This document shows, piece after piece, positions 55,019-63,300 of a DNA stretch of 64,000 nt (the first letter of the stretch is position 1; each line of letters begins with the position of its first letter). The translations under genes were made by a program, and so were the position numbers. Source of the DNA: a virus. The stretch lies in the IMG/VR virus record IMGVR_UViG_2920962495_000002, positions 2,873-66,872 of that record. The stretch is one strand, 5' to 3'. The notes below the pieces were generated by a model. That model searched no databases. It was not told the DNA's origin and saw nothing but the letters and a program-made list of their open reading frames with translations.

Positions 55019-55495
55019 ATGCCAGACAAATACTATTCAGCTGTGCAGACAACCAAACTACTGGCATTGTCAGGTAGCGGTACGGTTATTAGCGCAGTCA
55101 GTGTGATGGTACAACTCAATGAGCCTCACACCTTTTTATATCTAAGTTTACCGTATTGGTATTTTTTAGTAGCGACAATTTTACTGGTTTTTGTGGGCGC
55201 AGGGCTTGCAATGACCAACGATTACATGAAGAAGCAAGGCACATTTTGGGGCAATCTGCTGCTAGCGATAGTGGTTGGTTTTATCATCTCATTCGTTATC
55301 TTGCCAGCAATCAATGACAAGCCAACGGTCGCCATTATGATGCTAACCGCTTTTTTTGGTGGACTACTTGGTACGATATTTTTACGCATGATACTAGAAT
55401 TGTCAGCAGATGACGATCTCAAGGTGGGTGTTCAGTCTATTGTTAAAAACCTTATCCTAAAATGGATCAATAGATTCTCAGGGGGTGATAAGTGA
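55019..55495 (+). CDS. Holin-like multi-pass membrane protein
   Basis: About four TM segments; first gene of the lysis cassette. Confidence 0.6.
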   Translation: MPDKYYSAVQTTKLLALSGSGTVISAVSVMVQLNEPHTFLYLSLPYWYFLVATILLVFVGAGLAMTNDYMKKQGTFWGNLLLAIVVGFIISFVILPAINDKPTVAIMMLTAFFGGLLGTIFLRMILELSADDDLKVGVQSIVKNLILKWINRFSGGDK

Positions 55496-55797
55496 TACCT
55501 ATCATCAACACATTATTAGCTTTTACTGGCCTCATGATATGCACCTGTTGTTTATTGTCAGATCGATTCAATACAACATCAAAAGAAACCCTTGGACAGT
55601 TGGGCGGCTGGATTATCGTATGGATATTCTTAGTCTCAGCGTCACTACCAAGCAGTAGTTTTGAGCCGTCGTGGTCTACCACAGCAGCTCGAACAATCGT
55701 TTTGATTTTAAATATTTGGCACTTTAAAAAGTTGATTATTAGGCGATGCAAAAGAGCGCACGGCCTACGCAAACCAATTAAACAAAAAGAGGTGTAA
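55492..55797 (+). CDS. Holin/antiholin-like three-TM protein
   Basis: Three hydrophobic segments, basic C-terminal tail, directly before the endolysin. Confidence 0.6.
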   Translation: MIPIINTLLAFTGLMICTCCLLSDRFNTTSKETLGQLGGWIIVWIFLVSASLPSSSFEPSWSTTAARTIVLILNIWHFKKLIIRRCKRAHGLRKPIKQKEV

Positions 55798-55799
55798 TC

Positions 55800-56528
55800 A
55801 TGGCAATTATTGAAATGCAAAAAGAGCTGGGCGTACTTGCTGATGGTTGGTGGGGCGGTGACTCGCAACGAGCCTACCTAGCACAAGGCAAACAGCTTGA
55901 TTTTAACTGGGCTTATCTGAGACGCAAGCTAGCAGGCTCTTTTAGTCAATCTCAAGTAGATGGCTTTAACCGTATTATGGCAGCTTGCAACCGTGCCAAG
56001 CTGTCGCCGCAGCACGCCGCCTATATTCTAGCGACTGTATGGCATGAGAGCGCCACAACCATGACTCCTATTAATGAGTATGGCAAGGGTCGCAAAAAGC
56101 GTTATGGTCAATGGTTTAAAAACAGCAAAGGGGTTGTTTATGGCATTCGTAATGGCAATCTTAGCCGTCCGGCTTACTTAAAATCTGATTATCCTCACCT
56201 ATTTTTTGGGCGCGGGGATTGCCAGCTTACGTGGCTCGATAACTATATCAAGTTGGGGTTAATACTAGGCGTAGACCTTGCTAACAACCCCGATCTTGCG
56301 CTTGAACCCGATATTTCAGCCGACATATTAGTAACCGGATCAATGCAAGGTCTGTTTACCGGCAAAAGTATTCCGCATTATGTTACGTTTGGCACTTTTA
56401 ATGAGTTTGTGCTGGCGCGTTATGTCATCAATGGACGTGATAAGCGCGATCTTATTGCTGGATATGCTAAAACTATTATGACTGCCATACAGTTTACGGA
56501 TGATAAATCCGATATGCTTGCAGCCTAA
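55800..56528 (+). CDS. Glycoside hydrolase family 19 endolysin
   Basis: AYILATVWHES..M.PINEYG, FGRGDCQLTWLDNY, NPDLALEP motifs. Confidence 0.85.
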   Translation: MAIIEMQKELGVLADGWWGGDSQRAYLAQGKQLDFNWAYLRRKLAGSFSQSQVDGFNRIMAACNRAKLSPQHAAYILATVWHESATTMTPINEYGKGRKKRYGQWFKNSKGVVYGIRNGNLSRPAYLKSDYPHLFFGRGDCQLTWLDNYIKLGLILGVDLANNPDLALEPDISADILVTGSMQGLFTGKSIPHYVTFGTFNEFVLARYVINGRDKRDLIAGYAKTIMTAIQFTDDKSDMLAA

Positions 56529-56551
56529 AATCAACTAAGAAAGGATTAATC

Positions 56552-57214
56552 ATGGCAGACATGAAACGATTTAACGCACTAAAAAAAGTAAATGCCAAGC
56601 CAATGAGCCGTCAAGAGTATAACGACTTGCGAGGCTGGCGTTTACCGGCAGATGAAGATGGTAGCGATAAGGGGTATTTGATTGAAGATATCAATAGTTC
56701 GCCTAATACTTTGGAGTTTGACGGTTATGTATCGTGGATGCCCAAAGAAATGTTTGATGACCAGTTTTATGAATGTACTGCAGGACAAACAGGCGACTTA
56801 CCAGTTAAATGCACCGCACCTTCTGATCCCGAACACGAATTAACCGAAGATGAAATCGCTACGCTGGCAAGTGGCGGCTCTTTATGTGATTGCTGTGAGT
56901 TTGTGGAAGGTGGAAGCGAACACCCAATCAAAGAAGGTGATCTTGTTGACTTTGGCACAGCCCTACACCTGATGGAAGTGGGCGAGCGTGTGCAGCGTGA
57001 AGGCTGGAACGGCAAGGGTATGTTTGTGTATATCGTGCCAGCCGCAAGCTATCCAGCACAGCGTAACACCAAGGGCGTGTTAGTGGGCGACTATCCTGAT
57101 GACATGGTGCCATACGGTGCGTATATCGCCCTTAAAACCGCAAGCGGCGAAGTTGTACCGTGGACTATCAGCCAGTCGGACGCACTTACTACGGACTGGA
57201 TGCTGGCTGTCTAG
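56552..57214 (+). CDS. DUF2829/Tad2-like protein with an extra N-terminal domain
   Basis: FGTALHLMEVGERVQREGWNGKGMF...VPWTISQSDALTTDW; N-domain AKPMSRQEYNDLRGW...YVSWMPKEMF. Confidence 0.8.
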   Translation: MADMKRFNALKKVNAKPMSRQEYNDLRGWRLPADEDGSDKGYLIEDINSSPNTLEFDGYVSWMPKEMFDDQFYECTAGQTGDLPVKCTAPSDPEHELTEDEIATLASGGSLCDCCEFVEGGSEHPIKEGDLVDFGTALHLMEVGERVQREGWNGKGMFVYIVPAASYPAQRNTKGVLVGDYPDDMVPYGAYIALKTASGEVVPWTISQSDALTTDWMLAV

Positions 57215-57243
57215 TACAGTAAGTAATTGCCTTGCCTCTTACC

Positions 57244-57272
57244 AAGCCCTATCAAAAAGATAGGGCTTTTTT
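57244..57272 (+). terminator. Intrinsic terminator
   Basis: AAGCCCTATC-AAAAA-GATAGGGCTT-TTTT. Confidence 0.85.
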
Positions 57273-57274
57273 GT

Positions 57275-57314
57275 GGAACACACTAAAAGCTGGCAAGTCG
57301 TTATACCTCATAAT
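57275..57314 (+). promoter_or_regulatory. Late promoter motif GGAACAC-N27-CATAAT
   Basis: Upstream of the darB-like gene. Confidence 0.75.
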
Positions 57315-57347
57315 AAGGAATCGATAACACCAACCAGGCCACCAATT

Positions 57348-60300
57348 ATGAAAGAGAAACTTGCTATATTAAAAAGACTTCGGACCGCGCTTGCCAGCTT
57401 CAAGGCGTCTGATAATATTCAAAGCCGCGCAAGCACTGCTAAAGACTTGTTATCTGTCTTAAAAGAGCTGGGTGCGTTCGCCAAGTTAAAAACAGACAAC
57501 ACGGTGCAGTCGAACACAGGTACTAAAGATCAGTCCAGCCAAATGGTTGACCGATCTAGTATTGCGGTTCCTGAAAAGGCGGCCGCCCGCCAAAAAGCCA
57601 ATGACGCCGCTATCGAGTTGCTGGCAAGCATTAAAGAGCAAGGCTTAACCCGTGACGACTTAACCGATGAGCAGTTAGAAACACTTGCTAAATATACCGG
57701 TAGTGGTGGCGGATTAAAGGCTAAAGCCGATGAGAACGGTAAGCGGCTTCGTGGTAGTCAGTACGAGTATTATACGCCGCTAGATGTTGCTAGCGCCTTG
57801 TGGGACTTAGCAAGCGAGACGGGGTTTAGTGGCGGCAAGGTGCTTGACCCAAGTGCGGGGACCGGTGTGTTTGCAGCGACTAGCCCAGAAAGCGCTGTTA
57901 TTGATAGTATCGAGCTTGATGAGACATCGGGGGCCATTGCTCAATTACTGAATGATGGTGAGCGCAGTAAAACGATTATCTCTCCTTTTGAGGCGCAGGC
58001 CAAAATCATGGCGAACAATAGCCTTGATATGATTATTACTAACGTACCGTTTGGTGGTAACAAGGTGCGCGGTGACAATCCGAAAGAGGATGACTGCTAT
58101 AGAAAAGAGTCGCTTGAGAATTACTTTATTTTAAGATCACTTGAGAAGCTAAAATATGGCGGATTAGCGGTATTTATCACGCCCACTTCGGTCGTATCAG
58201 GACGCGCGAACGATAAGAAAAAACTACGCAAGCTCACCAGCCTAAAAGCCGACTTCTTGGGGGCATATCGTATGCCAACAGAGGTTTTTGATCAAACTGG
58301 CGCAAGTGTTGTGACTGATGTTGTTATCTATCGCAAACACAGTAGCGATGCCACAGATCAGATAATGGACCTATACAATGGCGGCGGTATTGATACCCTT
58401 GCTCAATCAAAAGTATTTTGGGATGACTACCTAAGCGGTGATTACTTTAAAAAAGCTGAACATAAAAAATTCATCTTAGGTGACGAAACTACAACCATAA
58501 ACCAATGGGGTAAAGAGATTGAGACCGTTAAGGAGAATAAGAAAAACCCTAAAGTGTCAAAAATGCTTAAAAAGTTTGGTGACAGCCGTATCGACTGGGA
58601 TATGTTGGGTTCGGCAGGTGTTGAAATTATTGATTACAAAAACGGCGATGTCGTATTTCAAGATGGCAAGCAATTAGAGTATCAAGACGGACGCTGGCAG
58701 GCGATAGAAAAAGAAGTGACTAGCACTGAGCTTGAGATACAAAAACAACTTGCCAGCATGGGTAGTGCTATCGACATGGTGATGGCTCGCGTGACCTATG
58801 AGCAGATAAGCGCCACGTTTGAGTATAGCCAAAAAACGGGTCAAGCAGGATTAATCCCTAGCGATGCTTTGTCCATGTTAGATCGCGCCTCAAAAAGTGC
58901 CATCGCTGATCGCCCCGCTGCATGGAATTGTGTATTGTGTGCGCAAGCTATCCGGGAGGCTATTGAGCTACATGAATATGGCTATGACTTTAAGAATGGC
59001 GAGCCTGAAATCACAGATTTTATGAAATACGCCTTTTTAGATGGCAAAAACGCTAAGTTATCTGGTGACGCCAAGCAAGATCATAAATTCGTAGCACTGT
59101 ATTATGCCAATGGCAAGTATAACGACGCTTGGCTTGGTAATATAAATAGCGAGGTTGTCGATAATGGCGCCGCTAAGAGTTATCAAAGCGTTATTGCACG
59201 TATTCAGTACGAAAATAAAAGCCTTCATATCACGCCTGAGCAGCTAAAACAGATTGATCCTACCGCTGATCCTATCAATAACGATGACTGGTTTGTCAAT
59301 CATGATGGCAGCCAAATTATCGCCGCTAATGACTTCTTAGTCGGTAGTTTGTCGGACCGCTTAAAAGATATTGATAAGCAGATTGAACTTACTAATAATG
59401 AGCAGATTAAAGCCAAACTTATTAAGCAAAAATCTATTGCCCGTGACAGTGTGGCGCGTATCGATGTTAAGCGCCTTGAGCTTGATCTTCGTACCCCGCT
59501 TATTAGTGCTGAAGACAAGGTAAGGTTTTTAAAGCAAACGGTCCATAAAGACGCTTTTGTCGCTTATAACGCACAAGGTCGCGGCATTGCAGATATCGAT
59601 ATTAAAGGCAGTAGCACCAAAGACAGTCTTGAGAAAAAAGACAAGGACAAGCTGTATAATCGTATCGGTGATTGGCTTGGCAAAGGAACCGTCACGCTAG
59701 GCAGCGTTAAGCTTGAGACTATGAGCCAGCGTGAGGCCCTAAACTGGATGACGGAGCAGATCAATACCGCTAACATCAAGTTTAATTCATGGGTTAAAGC
59801 CAATAAAAACATCATGTCAGGTCTTGAGGATATGATGACCAATGAAGACAATTTATATTTCACTCAGAATGCAGATGAGACGCCGATTGATATTGCTGGC
59901 ATGAACCCCGAACTTAGCTTGCATGGCTATCAGAATGCCGAGGTGCGCAAGCAAGGCCGCTTCTTTGGCGGTATTAACGGCTTTGGCGTCGGACTTGGTA
60001 AAACCTTCACCTCACTTGCCAGCGTCCAGCATGTGCATAATATTGGCGTTAAAAAGAAAACAATTTTTGTGGTTCCTAACAGCGTGTTGTCCAACTGGCG
60101 CAAAGAGGCTGCTTTTGCTTATCAAAATACCGATGATTGTATTTTTGTGGGCCTACGTGAGGATGGTGAAAAATTCCGTGTCATGTCAAACAAATATGAC
60201 GAGGACTTACTAAGCGCTATCGATGGCAAGTACCGCAAAATATTCATGACGTTTGAGGCGTTCAAGCGCATTCGCTTAAAGGACAGCACACTAGGCGATT

Positions 60301-63300
60301 ATGCGGACTACATCAAACAAAACGATACCGCCTTTTCAGAAAAAGAGTTGCAAAAAGACAATGAGAAAGTAAATGGTTTAACCGCTGATCTTATCGAGCG
60401 TTTGACGATGAACAGTAACGCGCCATTTTTGGAAGATATGCGCGTAGATAGCGTGGTGATCGATGAGGCCCACGCCTTTAAAAACTCGATTACCGCACCT
60501 AACACTGACGACCGCATTAAATACCTATCACAGCCTGGTCAATCAGCGCGTGGTGAGGATGCGCAAGCCAAGCTTTGGTATGTGCGTGGCAGCACGCCTA
60601 ATAACGATGGTGTACAGCTACTCACAGCGACGCCTATCACCAATAGTCCGCTTGAGATTTACTCTATGTTATCGCTGGCAAGCGGCCGTGATACGATTAA
60701 TAAAATGTGCGGCGGTATCAATGGCGCTGATGACTTCATTCAGATCATGTGCCAGATTCAAGAAGAGGTGATGCCCACTATTGATGGCGGCGAACGCTCG
60801 CAAAACGTCTTTACCGGTATTCGCAACGCTAATATCTTGCGTACTGTCATTGGATCAAATGCGGTTATTAAAGACGCGCAAGATGTCGGTATGTCGGTGG
60901 TTATCCCAGATCGTGAAGAGGTCGCCGTTGAGGTTAATTTAGGCGAAGGCGTAACGGATCAGCTGCGTATGTTCCAAGATGCTTATACCATCGCTAAACA
61001 GGTTGAAAAAGATCAGCTCGATAATGAGCTTAACAACCCCAATCACCCGCAAAGCCCGTTTAACCCCAATAGCCCGTTTAGTATTATTCAAAAAAAGTAC
61101 GGCGAAGAAGTGGAGTTGATGGCTCACCCGTTTAACCTCATTCGCAAGATGGATGTCATGATTGCTGATAGCGAGTTTAGCGAAATGGCAACCTTCTACG
61201 ACTTTGAGAAGTCACAAGAAAAGCTTGCGCAATCAGTGATTGATAAGTTTAATAAAAAATCTTATTCAGATAGCCGTAAGCGCCTAAGCCCTTATACCAA
61301 TGAGGATAATGCTAAAGCGGTCTACACTAAAGACGGTGATACAAAGGTTTTTAAAGAATATAAAATCACGGTTGAGGCTAAGATAGTGTTGCACGATGGT
61401 CGAAAGCGCATTGTCGTCGACACACTAAACGGTAAAACGCAATCAAGATTTGAAGATATCGCAGATAAAGACAAGCTTAATCTTGATGTGACCACTTCAG
61501 CAAAAATCGCCGCCATGCTTGAGAATTTTAAGACCGAACAAGCAGAGCCGCGCGGTGCCAATGCAGACGGTACGACTAGCACTATCGTTAAGCAGATTGT
61601 CTTTTGCGACCATCTGTTTTTGCACAACAAGATTAAAAAGTTGATTGCTAAGCGTGCAGGCGTGCCAGCCAGCAAAATCGCGATCATTACCGGTCAGATT
61701 AACAATGAACCGGATGAGATGATCGATATTCAAGATGGCTTTAACGCTGAGAGTGACGACAATCAGTATCAGGTGATTATTGCCAACAAAAAAGCTGAGG
61801 TCGGTATTAACTTGCAGCGTGGTACGCAGGCAATCCACCATTTAACAACCGGTTGGACCCCTGATAGCTTAGAGCAGCGTAACGGGCGCGGCGCGCGTCA
61901 AGGTAACAAAACGCAAAAGGTGGCTATTTATCATTACGATGCTGATGGTACGTTTGATGAGTTTAAACGCACGATGATTGATAAAAAAGACGAGTGGATC
62001 AGTAGTGTATTAAAAGACGATGGTAAAAACACCATTGAGGTCACAGGTAGTATTTCGCGCACTGAACAGGACGCGCTTATCTCCACAATGGGCAATAAAG
62101 ACGCTATGCGTGAGTATCAGGCCACCAAAGACGCCAAAGAGAAGGAGGTTCGGTACAATGCCGCCGTTAAGCGTCAAAGTATCAATATGGACGTAGTGAA
62201 TGAGCAGGCTAGCATGATGGCAAACCTATCTCTTGATAAGTTTTATGAACAGGCTGTTATCAATGTGGTCAGCCTTATTCGTGACAATAGAAAGCTTCTC
62301 ACTAAAAATGAGAAATCTACTGCCAAGGCAGACACCCGCAAAAAGAACGAGCTGCTTTATGAGAACTCAAAACAGATCGCGCTTGACCAGCTAAATGATA
62401 TTTTAGACTCGGTGAGTGTGCAGCGTTATGAGCAGGCTGAGGATTGGAATAAAACGCACAAGTATGTCCCTGTCGGTGGTATTGCTAGCCCTGATACCAC
62501 AGCAGACAGTATTTATGACAGCATAATGAATGATACTACTGAGTACCCACCAAGCAAGACGGATGAGTGGGCTAAGACCTTTACCAATAAACAGGTGCTA
62601 GGCAGCCCTTATAGCTTCAGTAACGATAAACTTATTATCAACGAGGGCGGTATCTATCAAGCGGCTTATGACGAGGTTAAAGAAACCGCTGAAGGGCTTA
62701 TTAATCAGTCCGTTATTGCAGCAAACTACATTGCCGAAGAGACAGGCATTGATGGTATTAGCTTGCCCGCTGATGCTGGCGAGCGGATTGCTAGAAAAGA
62801 GGCGGTTATTGTGAATGGCGTTTACATTCAGGTGGGTTCAATCGTTATTAAACCGCAAGCTGGTGATAGGCCAGACGCTATTTACGTGGCTCGCATGGAT
62901 AGCGGTAAGCTGACGCTAAGTAAGATTGGCAAGGATCGATTTAGTGGCAGTAACGGGGTTTATTCTATCTCTAATAACACGCCAGCAGGGGTTATCTCTA
63001 GTACAGATAAAGTTATTAACAAGGGTAGTGGTGATTACTTGAGTGCAATAAAGCAAATGGCCGCCTTTGAGGACAACTTGCACCTACAAGGCGCTTTAAA
63101 ACCGCTGGCAACCAAGTATAGCGATATGATACCAGAGGTGGCAGAGTACCGCGATGATAGCATTAGACCCGTATGGACCATGAGCGCTGACTTCGGTGGC
63201 AGTCATGCCAATATTGAAAATAGTCCTATCGCTATCGTGTTACCCTTGTTTGTTTTAAACGCTGGCACGCCGTTTGCTAAAGCGATGTTGGTTCAGTATG

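Noticed and set aside
9900-60682. GCTGGCAAG as a Chi site (it resembles GCTGGTGG)
   Set aside because: It occurs about equally in both orientations (22 versus 17), unlike the strand-polarised Chi. Kept as an unexplained motif instead.
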